Shown: positions 23,944 through 34,970 of the stretch, one piece after another
How the letters are laid out: every line of letters starts with the position of its first letter
How positions within the stretch are numbered: position 1 is the stretch's first letter
Source of the DNA: Dipteris shenzhenensis
Taxonomy: Eukaryota
Strand: one strand, 5' to 3'
Assembly: GCA_047967505.1 (NCBI GenBank)
Contig: CM106538.1
DNA length: 64,000 bases
The notes under the pieces: generated by a model
What the model was told of the DNA's origin: nothing
Databases searched by the model: none
What the model saw: only the letters and a program-made list of their open reading frames with translations
Position numbers and translations under genes: made by a program

Positions 23944-26900
23944 CTTAGCTTGCTTGCAAAGGACTCTCACAAAGGAGATGGATATAGATTTTGTTCTAGG
24001 GATGGATGTGATTTTATGTCGCAAAAGAGAAGTAGTTGCATTTGCTACAATCCATGATAGTGATCCCAATTCAGTTTGCCACTTTCGAAGACTTGGCGAA
24101 GATAAGGTGGCAGTTACTGTATCAAATATTCTTAGCACACATGTTGAGCTAAAGTATAAATGTGGAGATATGGAAACACTTGGAGATGTTATGCCCTACG
24201 ATACATCCAACAAATCATTTATAGCATGGGACAAAGATGAGACTTATGCAACAGACATTATCAAGAATACAAAGCCACCACTTGGATTTTACTATAGGGG
24301 ACATTTTACAAATGAGATCTTTTGCAAATAAGACTGTAGTAGAAGGTGAAGTATTAGGATTTGAACAAGTGGAGCAATGGTCATTTGCACAGATGAGGAT
24401 TCTAAAAGTCACTGATGATGGTATCGTTGATAACATAACATCCTTATGTAATCCCTACTATGAGGTAGGCAAGAATATGAGATGGAGCATGCAATTTTTA
24501 AACATGAGAAAGAGGCACGTGGTTTTCAATGATAAAGACAAAGTATACTACAATATCAAAGGACCTAAAAAGCATGCCATGTGCTAGGCTCTATCACTTC
24601 AAATGTGGATGATTTCAATGTACTCAATTATAGAACTGACATCCTATCTGGAGTGGATGAGTTCATTGGTTCCAAGAAACAAAATGATTTTAAAAGCGAA
24701 GCCTTATCTAGGGTGGATGAATTCTTGCACAGTGAGAAGGGCAAAGGTTTCAATAGCGATGTCTTGTCAAGTGTGGATGAGTTCATGCATATTAACAAAC
24801 CTGGTGTCAATCAAGCTTGTGGATTTGTGAAAGCCATGCAAGATGTCCCAATGAGCGATGTTCTCTCAGGAGTAGAAGAGTTTCAAGGTTCTCAATACTC
24901 TCATACAATATTGAATTCATTCAATGGTCCTAAGAGTATGTTAAAAATGAGGATGAGATCAACAGAGGATTATTCAATATTTAACTTTGATTGTGATATG
25001 GCCAAGGATGCAACGACCAATCATGGATGCTTAGTTACAAACAAATCTGAGGAGAAGAAATGCATAAATATAGATAACAACGTGCACGAGGAACGAAAAT
25101 GGTCATACATATGCATGAAGAGAAAGCGAATCGAGGCAGATCCACAAAAGCAACCAAAGAGGAAGAGAGTAATGAAGGAGGAGAACATGTTAAATGCATT
25201 GGGATATCTATGTTGCAAGTGAAGATGTATGCGCTTCATTGATCTTGCAGACATCAGGGAATGTAGAGGACACATGTGGCAAAGAAGAGGAAGCGAAAGA
25301 AATGAATACCTTCTCACAAGTCTCTCTTGCTTTCTTCAGAATGGCAACAAAAGGCTAAGTTCAAGACAAAAGGTAAAACCTCTCGTAAATGGAAAAAAGA
25401 TTTGCAATAAGGCATATCGCAATATTACTAGATTATCCCATGGTACATATTGGGATTTAGTCACCAAGGCAAAGGGTGGCAACAAATTTAGAATTCACAG
25501 TAATAGAGGAAGGTCTAAATCAAGAATCTCAACTGTCAGGGCAGCAACAATTTTGCAAGACTTCATAAATGAAAATGCTTTACCTCAACCCCATATATCT
25601 ACCAAACTCCCTAACATGACGCGATCACTGAAATGCACCTTCTAATGGGCTTGACAAAGCTCGAAGTATTTGACTCTATTGCAGAAAAGCAAGGCAAAGA
25701 GGGGATGCCATAGCTTCTTCTCATACTTTGTATACTCTTTGAAAGAAGAACTTTGGATATGTTAAAATCCCAAGGAGGAAAAAAATGTCAAAGTGCAATG
25801 TCTGTGATGATTTAAAGCGAGCGATTGAGAGTGCAACATGTCCAAATCAAAGGGAATTATACAAAAAAAACCGAAAATCTCATCATGACCTTATTCGACA
25901 TTCCAGACAAAAATATGCATTTTGGAAGGAGCAAGCTATTTCGCATCCCGATGACTATATGTGCCTTATTGTAGATGGCATGGATCAGAATACAACAACA
26001 TTGCTTCGTTTTGTTGCCACTCCACCTAAATTACAAGGAAAGCACTTTCTAAAGACACATCTATGTGGAGTGTTAGTGCATGGAATTAAGTTCTTTGCAG
26101 ATATATGGATTGATTCCTTACATCTACATGATAGCAATCAAGTTGTAACATCTATTATGAAGGCAATTTGCAATGTACATGCAAAAAAAGGTTGCCTACC
26201 ATCGACTTTGAGAATACAAGCTGATAATTGCTGGCGAGAAAATGAGAATGTACTCATGTTTGCATTCTGCTCCATGCTAGTTGCTCATCGAATCTTCAAT
26301 GAGGTCGAATGTGAATTTTTGTATGTTGGACATACACATGAGGATATCGATCAGGTTTTTAGTATAGTCTCAAGAGAACTTAAATGCAAGGATGTGGAGA
26401 CAATAGATGACTTAGTAAGAAGATGTGGCAGGCAAATTGGTGGTCGTAAGGAAAGTACAGTATGTGAGAGGCTCGAAAGAATGTATGATTGGAAGACCTT
26501 CATTCTACCTTTCATACAAATGGGTGGTGATGCATTGACAGGTCATACCAATCCACACTACTTTTGTTTTTTTTTTAAAGATGAAAAACCCGTAATGCAA
26601 TGGCAACAGTATTCGCATGATACAAAATGGGAACCTGAAGAACCTTACAGTCTCTTAACTTCAATTCTCAGCAAGGAAAGGTATCTAACATGGGCTCCTA
26701 TACAAGAATTCAATGAGAGGTCTAACTGTGAAATAGAAGGATTAAAAGCATTTATTACATACAAAGAGGAAATGCTCTGGAGATATCCTGTTTTGAAGCC
26801 TACTTGGAGAGAGCACACTACCACTGTAATTAACAAGACACAAAAATTAATAAAGGACCTTGAGAGAATGTGAGGCTCAAAGGATACAGCGGTATGGTAT

Positions 26901-27250
26901 GAGCCAAAGGGCAGGAAGGAGAATATGGATAACAACACATTTTATACCTCTTGTATACTAATTGTATAATGAAGCAGTGGGTCCCAAATGATGAAGCGGT
27001 CTCACAAGTTTCAATGGAGACAATCATAGTGTCTTGGCATTCAAGGGCAAAGAAATCAAAGAAGCACATGGGATATGAGGTAGAAGGAAAAATAAAAATA
27101 CCACAGCAAAGTATTTTGCATATACATGAATTTTTAAGGATGCTCGCCATGGAGGAAGTAGAAGGAGACAGCGCAAATGAAGAATGTCCATGATTAAAGC
27201 TTTGTATTGAAGTCCATTGAAGGATTTTATTTGGGTACTAGGCAAGAAGC
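23944..27250 (+). pseudogene. Decayed large gene ending in a DUF7869/Sola1-like putative DDE transposase
   Basis: Chain of same-strand ORFs (23954-24331, 24237-24587, 24581-25222, 25229-25645, 25785-26873, 26951-27193) broken by stops and frameshifts, preceded by a TGCAG acceptor at 23939-23943. Confidence 0.65.
25785..26873 (+). CDS. Putative DDE transposase core (DUF7869/Sola1-like)
   Basis: FGYVKIP..KMSKCNVC, CLIVDGMDQ, HLCGVLVHG, DSNQVVTSI, LRIQADNCWRENEN, FLYVGHTHEDIDQVFS. The family is recalled from memory and needs HMM confirmation. Confidence 0.75.
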   Translation: MSKCNVCDDLKRAIESATCPNQRELYKKNRKSHHDLIRHSRQKYAFWKEQAISHPDDYMCLIVDGMDQNTTTLLRFVATPPKLQGKHFLKTHLCGVLVHGIKFFADIWIDSLHLHDSNQVVTSIMKAICNVHAKKGCLPSTLRIQADNCWRENENVLMFAFCSMLVAHRIFNEVECEFLYVGHTHEDIDQVFSIVSRELKCKDVETIDDLVRRCGRQIGGRKESTVCERLERMYDWKTFILPFIQMGGDALTGHTNPHYFCFFFKDEKPVMQWQQYSHDTKWEPEEPYSLLTSILSKERYLTWAPIQEFNERSNCEIEGLKAFITYKEEMLWRYPVLKPTWREHTTTVINKTQKLIKDLERM

Positions 27251-28439
27251 CAATTGATAATTATAATCAGAGTCATCACCTCCTATGTCAAATGAGAGTC
27301 AAAAGATGCACTGGATATCACCCAAGGGTCAAGGCTTGGCAAGATAATAGGGAGTTAATGCAGATGGCACCTGGCAAGGGACTGTCACATTGAGCAATAA
27401 GACAATGGGGAGTCAATGCACCCAAGGGGCAGGCTTGGCAAGACAAGTGGGAGTTAATGCAGATGGCACCTAGCAAGGGACTGTCATGACATTGAGTAAT
27501 AAGACAATGGGGAGTCAAATTATGCAGATGGCACGAATTGAGGCTCTTTAAGAGCAACAATTTAAATTGTAAACATATGTTCAATCTATATCATTTTATA
27601 CAAAGACTCTAGCTGAGAGCAACGTCTCTCAATGTAAACATATAATGATAGCTATAATTGCTATTATAATTCTTTGGTTCAATACAAAACTTGGGTCTTA
27701 TGGCATCATGTCTTTTTTCTATTTATTAAAAGTTTTAAAACTTTTGTGCATATTGCGAATGACAATGTTATTTACATGAAATATATAAGTCTCCTTTCAT
27801 GGATTTATAAATTTATCACGTCAAGGAAAAATATTAAAAATAATTAAATTAACAAATAACTTAGGTATAGCTAGAATTACTAAAATAGGATTATTTCAAA
27901 TTCTTGCATGTTGGTGCAAAAGTATAGATTGAAAAAACAAGATTTTTATGTGAATATGATAGTGCCACAAAGTGAACTTTTGATTTGGGAAGAATATTTT
28001 CAGAAAGTAAAATTTTGATTTGGGAAGGATATTTTCACAAAGTAAACTTTTCATTTGGGAAGGATTTTTGGGCTTCGTCCAAAAACAATAGAAAAAGTTT
28101 AAAATCAATGAAATAGGTGTTATCCACCACCCATAAGTGGATGAGGGAGTCAACATGACCGAAGGACTTTGATGAGATGATGAAGAGGAGGAGTTCCTTT
28201 GAAACAACCCCAACATTTTTACTCTCTTCAAGGTGGACATACTCTCCAACAAGTACCACTTCCCTCAGGAAAGACCGATGCTAGATGATGATATACCAGT
28301 TGAGGATGATCCAAATTCATTATCATAAGTAATCAAAGATGCCTTGTTCGATATCTTGAACCTCGTTATGACAGAGGAAGATTTTGAGATGGAATTGCAA
28401 CACTCTCAAAGGGTGATCATGCCCTAACAAACATTAACC

Positions 28440-28990
28440 TTGGAATCGAGAACAACCCATGGATGGTTCGCATCAGCCACACGAGTTTGGGAAAAAACTA
28501 GAAGACCTCCTTGGGAGATTTGCTGACATCTTTACATGGAGATATATGGATATGAAGGGTATTGACCCTCGGTTTTATTAGCACAAGATTGTCCTTCAAG
28601 GTGATGCCAAACTGATCCGGCAATAGAATTACCAGATGAACCTGAACAATGAAAAACGGGTTAAGGAAGATATGTGGTTGCTTTCATATACCCCATTTAC
28701 AAGGTGACCTAGATCTCCCTGATTGTAATTGTACCCAAACAGAACAATAAGTTGTAGGTTTGTGTGGATTATTGCAAGCTCAACTTTGCAACCATGACCA
28801 ATCCATTCCCTCTCCCGTTCATGGATTCCATGGTAGATGTTGTCGCAGGTCATGAAATGTACTCATTTCTTGATGGGTTTAGTGGGTATAATCAGCTGCA
28901 AATGGGCAAAGAGAACCAATAAAAAATGGCATTCATAATTGAATGGGGGGTCTTTGCCTCCAATGTAATGATGTTTGGCCTAAAAAATAT
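28440..28990 (+). pseudogene. Decayed Ty3/Gypsy reverse transcriptase fragment
   Basis: DMKGIDP, VCVDYCKLN, PFPLPFMDSMVDVVAGHEMYSFLDGFSGYNQ, EWGVFASNVMMFGLKN, with stops. Confidence 0.85.
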
Positions 28991-29054
28991 GTATAAAAGG
29001 GATGTGTATCATCATGGTTGAGGTAATGAAGGCTTTCACCTTCACTGGGGGTTG

Positions 29055-29325
29055 TAGGGTTTAGGAGGAGTTTAAGGGTTTGGAGGAGGTTCCAGGGTTT
29101 AGAAGAGGTTCCAAGGTTAGAAGGGGTTCCAAGGTTAGAAGGAGTTCCAAGGTTTAGAAGGAGGTTCCAGATTTTAGAAGAGGTTCCAGGGTTAGAAGGA
29201 GTTCCAAGGTTTACAAGGAGGTTCCAGGGTTAGAAGGAGTTCTAGGGTTAGAAGGGGTTCCAATGTTTAGAAGGAGGTTCCAAGGTTAGAAGGAGTTCCA
29301 GGGTTAGAAGGGGTTCCAAGGTTTA
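29055..29325. repeat. 18-20-bp minisatellite (ggttcca(a/g)ggtt(t)agaagga)
   Basis: About 14 tandem units; some contain AGGGTT(T)AG. Confidence 0.85.
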
Positions 29326-29560
29326 GAGTAGAGTACATGGTGGAGAACTCGTCTCCCTCGTAGGTCATGGAGATTAAGGGTTGAGGAACTAAGGGTTTAG
29401 GGGGAGCATAGAAGTGGGAGAGGAAGAAGGTGTAAGAGCATGGGGGAACGAAGAGAGAGGAGGGAGGAGGAGGAGAGAGGAGGAGGAGGAGGAGGGAGGA
29501 GGAGGAGGAGGAGGAGGGAGGAGGAGGAGGAAGGAGGAGGAGGGAGGAGGAGAGGGAGAG

Positions 29561-30330
29561 GATGGGTTGCAAGGTTGGAGGAGAGGGGAGGAGGAGTTGC
29601 AAGGTTAGGACATGCTTTTGGACGTGGAGTGCAAGGAAGCATGGACAGTTGAGACAAATGCTTGGAATACCAAAGTAGACTCAACACAATGTCCCAAAGA
29701 GTGTGGGCTTCATTCCATTATGGGGTATTTGTACAAGTTGGAGAGCTTCTCTCTCTGCATGTAGGAATTATAACACATTCTCTCTCTACATGTAGAAGTC
29801 ATATGTAGAAGTTGTCACACATTCTCTTTCTACATGTAGAAGTCGTATGTAGAAGTTGATGGGTTGCAAGGTTGGAGGAGAGGGGAGGAGGAGTTGCAAG
29901 GTTAGGACATGCTTTTGGACGTGGAGTGCAAGGAAGCATGGACACTTGAGACAAATGCTTGGAATACCAAAGTAGACTCAACACAATGTCCCAAAGAGTG
30001 TGGGCTTCATTCCATTATGGGGTATTTGTACAAGTTGGAGAGCTTCTCTCTCTGCATGTAGGAATTATAACACATTCTCTCTCTACATGTAGAAGTCATA
30101 TGTAGAAGTTGTCACACATTCTCTTTCTACATGTAGAAGTCGTATGTAGAAGTTGTAACACATTCTCTTTCTACATATAGAACTCGTATGTAGAAGTTGT
30201 AACACATTCTCTTTCTACATGTAGAAGTCGTATGTAGAAGTTGTAACACATTCTCTTTCTACATGTAGAAGTCGTAACACATTCTCTTTCTACATGTAGA
30301 ACTTGCATATAGAAATTGATTGTAGAACTT
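29561..30330. repeat. 297-bp tandem duplication followed by 44-bp palindrome-containing repeats
   Basis: 29561-29857 is repeated from 29858. Then units 'ttgtaacacattctctttctacatgtagaagtcgtatgtagaag' containing the palindrome TTCTACATGTAGAA. Preceded by a (GGA)n tract at about 29455-29560. Confidence 0.9.
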
Positions 30331-32233
30331 GCATGTAGAACATGCAAATTGGATTTCTAAGAGGGATTATTTCTAGCCTTATGCAAGTACAAGTGGAGCT
30401 TTGCCGCTACTCTACACACACATTCTGTTCTACCTAAGTCCATGTTGGCACAGAGTCAACAGCCATTGTTAGAGGCTAGGTATCATGACACTACATAGTG
30501 TAGATACCTTAAGGCCCAAACCATAGCCCGTTATAGGCAAACCCTTGCCTTGCCCGCACCAGCAAATGCTCCCAATCAGCAAGGTGCCTAAACCATGAAC
30601 CCAGTCCATAGAGCTAGAGCATTCATGTTTCCAAACCTGTTACCACTACCCATCTTGCCACCACATTTGCCACCACCTACTATAACTCTAGTAAGCCAAA
30701 TGGTTACTAAAGAGATGGAGGAGTGGGATGGTGCTCAAAAATCATGGAGAGTAATTACCCCTCGGATGATGATGGCTTGTCTCAATTGATCTATGACATC
30801 ATCCAAGATGATGTTCCAATGCCCACATTTCAAAGTTCAATAGTTACAACTATGGCATGAGACATAAGTATCATCACCTTTGTTGTGGAATTAAGCATCT
30901 ATATGAGGATTGTCGCCTTAGGTCTCCATCAACATCTATATACCCCACCCTGGCAAGCCTTAATTGAGCAATGAAGGCAACTGGTTAGTGTCCCTTTGAA
31001 TGCAATCACCTGCTTTGTAGGCCACAACATTGGGTAAATCATCCAACAAGCACAAGGCCAAGGTTGGCACCTCTCATTGCAACTCAATTGAGCAAGGATT
31101 AACCACTGGCCTATAATGCAAGTAGTTAAAGAATAGGACCACACAATCCTTTAGAGCAGGTCCATGAGGATACAACCATTATGACATCACAAACATCAAG
31201 TGGAAAGTCCTCAGAGGGAGGTGTAATCAACCTCATAGCACAAGAACTATAAGGGTAGAGGGATTAGATACACCACCAACACTCAAGGGCCTTGGTGATT
31301 ATCCTAGCCCCCTTATTGAGAAACAAAGGTTAATTAAAAATCAAGACCCAGTTTGAGATGTTGCTTCCTGGGAAAGAGCATAAGTCGATGTGGGTGGCCA
31401 AACAAGTTCCAGTGACTGGGCCCCTTCAATGGCTTTGCAGGTCATTGGTGACTGGGGTGGCATTTGTTCTTCTTGGTCATGCACTGAATCCTTATGGAGC
31501 TATCGCTCTGGACCACAAATGGATGTGGTCACCGTGGTTAAGAGGATGTAAATGGCTGCGAACTATGGAGGGGGTCTCGTGGTTGAGGCAGTGGGCTCTT
31601 TCTGCGCATCCTCTTTAGTGACGGCATCTTTCTGAACCTGCATCCATGTGTATGAGGTGTACCATTGATCATTAGATTAGTTGGCATGACGGTATGACCT
31701 TTCTATGTGTGTGTGAGAGATCTTATTTTTATACATGCTTTGAGAGTGTTGGGCAATGATAGAAACATAATAAGGGTCCAAACACAATCCACCCTTATTA
31801 TTCACCCAATTCACCACCTAAGAGGCCAATGGATGTTCTAGGTAGAGTGGAGAAAGAAGAACGAACTTGGAACAAACAGACTTCCATCCCAACTTAATGG
31901 AACATATGTTTGAAGAAGATCTAGCAATCAAAGGACTGAAGGAGGAGGACAATATGTCCCTTATTGGTTTCTAGGAGCTAAAAAAACACAAATGACTACA
32001 TAGAATGACCTAGGGACATAGCAGGTCTCTAAGCCTTCTTGTCCATTGAGATAAAAATGCCAATGGCCACTTTGCCGAGAGGATTTCCCTCCCTTTGGAG
32101 AGATCTCTCTGATAGTATGAATGAACAACTTCTCATGGCCAAATTGCACAATGAGGTTAAAGAATCTTAGGTTGAGAACCTCAACTTACTCAAAGCATTA
32201 TCTTCTCATTGAAAGAGGCAAATATATTAAGGG

Positions 32234-34970
32234 GATGGTGAACAAGATAGGGTCATTATTTTGAGAGTGATAACACCAATGCAATGATTCCCATAACTTG
32301 CAAAGATGGGAAAGCTAAATCTATCTTGGATGGTGGGTTACGAGTCAAAATAATCACCAAGCAATGTTGGAAAAGGTAGGGTGAGCCTTTAACGTGATGG
32401 TGAATAAGATAGGGTCATTATTTTGAGAGTGATAACACCAATGCATTGCTTCCCATAACTTGTAAACATGGGAAAGCTACAACTATCTTGGATAGTGGGT
32501 TACGAGTCAAAATAATCACCAAGCAATGTTGGCAAAGGTGGGGTGAGCCTCAAATGGATGCTACAACCCTTGTTAAGGTAGCCAATGGCACAACCACATG
32601 CCACTTGGAATACTAAGAGGTGTTAGGATCAATGCCTCTTACCTATCATATAGGAATGCGTTTGTAATTATGGACTTTAAGAAATAGCTAGAATCATATG
32701 ACATCATTCTTGGCTATCCATTTATGAGACTATTTGACTCATTCATGGACGGTACCCAAACCACATCTATTTGACAAAGGGTGTGATACACAATGAAAGT
32801 GAACCTAATAACATAAAAGTATCGACCCACGAGTGGTAGCCTTTTTGTTGAAGAGTCAATGGCCACAACAAGAAAATGCCTCATTGAATACAATGCAAGT
32901 TAAATAATCACAAGGCAAGGATAATCAAGTTCTAATATATGCACAGCTCCCTGATCTCGAGGACCCACGGAATTGGATGTATCTCAAGAATGACAATGTC
33001 CCTCAATATGAGATATGTCTCTCAAATAGAGCTAGGGGTCGTTATTGTCGACTCATATTTCAAATAGTTAGAACACATGGGAGCCACTACCACTCACCAA
33101 GAATTCTCAACAGTTTGGGTCCTAAAACTCAGCAAGCTTACCATTCCAATTGGATACAAAGGAGCAAAGAGGGATGAATGTCCGAGGAATGTCCCAAGGC
33201 TACCCAAAATAAAGAGGCCAAATAGCCCAAGAAGCTAACAAAACTGGCATCCCTAGAAGAATTCAAGAACGACATAAGCTTAAAAAAGGAAAAGGAGGAA
33301 AATATGCAAAGCATTACTCCAAGCATGTTGAAAATATAAAGGGAAGGATGTAGTCGTCATTAAATAGTTGTCATTTCTATTGGTCCTATTCAATGTAATT
33401 CCAAGTACTCATTTGATAGAACAAAAGTAGAAGAATATATAGGTATTATCTTCTTGGTGGATCACATTCAACCAAAGCAAAGGGACAATTGCATTTAGAG
33501 TATCCAAATACTCATTTTCATAATGTTTGTAGTTACAAAGTATTTGTAGTATCTTGCTCAAAATCAAGTAAGAAATGTCAAATGAGTTCATTGAGTCAAT
33601 TTCTCTACATTTTATGCTAAAGTTAAATTTCAAAATTTTTATGATGTTATGCCTTTGAAATGCCAACGACTTTTGTTATCCTTTTGAAAATGCTAATGAA
33701 CTTTTTACGTTCATGAAGGCATAAAATTTAGATTCAAATTCAAGAGCACATGATGCAGCTCTTAAATTATGCAAACTAGAAGGTGTTGGTACAAGAGTAC
33801 CTTGAATCAAGAAAAATGAAGTGCCTTACTCTTTTCAATATGGTTTTCAAAAACATGAATGAAACATTTTCTATAACTTCATTATTAATTGTTCATTAAC
33901 TTGATTTCATTTCTAATCGTAATGTCTTTGCTCTCAGAAACATTCCAAATGTGGATAAGAAAATAAGGTTCCAAATAATTTTCAAAACTCGAAGGATGGC
34001 CAAAACCAGCAATCACCTACTACAACAACAAGTACATAATTCAATAAAAATAGCAATTGGAATGATTAATGATCACCATAAGCATTCGACTATATCAAAA
34101 GCGCCCAAATCCCATACAATGGTAATAGTTACCACAACAAAACTTGCAACTAACCAACAAACCACCTGCATGAACAATGTGCAAAAATCAAATACTAGGG
34201 GCAACTAAGCAAAAACTTTGCATCAATTTTCCCCAGAGCCGCTATATCTTACACTACTAAATCTTGCACTTCAACAAGATCTACTGTAGTGGTAACTACT
34301 CTAATTAAATTCTTGACGTGTTTGAGATTCAAGTCTATTCTAACGATGATTTTCTAGACTCCTTTGACAACCAAGTGATTCAAACGTTCATCTTCCAAAG
34401 AGGATAGTTTGACCCATCTAGCTTTTTGGCCTCCCCAAAGTTGGGGATCAACAATCAGCTAGCCATCTTGAGGTGAACCTTGTGAGCCGGTATGGATTCA
34501 GTACTTAACTAAATCATTGAGTTTTCTTGAACTAGAAGGAACTCTATAGTTTAAGCAAGTCCCTATTTACAAATCCTAAATGGTCTAATAATGCAAGATT
34601 GTCATCGCAAAATCCAAATGATGGATCAACTAAGGTAAAGGAAACACCCTCAATTGGGCTATATTGCCAAAGACTTGAAACCAAAAGAGGAGGAAGAGCT
34701 CATAACTCTCCTCAAGGATTTTAAGGATTTCTTTGCTTGGAAGTACACTGTTATGAAGGGTATATTGATAGAAGTCATAAAACATACCATTGGACCTTCA
34801 TTAAAAATGTCAAACCATCCCAATAATATCTTTATACAATGAATCCAAAAACCAAGACTGTTGTCAATGAAAAATCCAAAAGCTCATTGATGTAGGATCC
34901 ATTTTTGCTGTAGAGCATGCCAATTGGGTTCCCCAATCATAATTGTCCTAAAAAAGAACAAAAAGTGATA
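32234..34970 (+). mobile_element. Highly decayed Gypsy remnants (aspartic protease; start of RT)
   Basis: ILD(G/S)GL.VKIITKQCW..WGEP, present twice as a 162-bp duplication at 32234 and 32396. YDIILGYPFMR. LLKDFKDFFAWKYTVMKGI and IIIVLKKNK at 34650-34970. Confidence 0.6.

Noticed and set aside
29055-29325. Interstitial telomere
   Set aside because: The unit is 18-20 bp with isolated AGGGTT(T) words, not tandem TTTAGGG.
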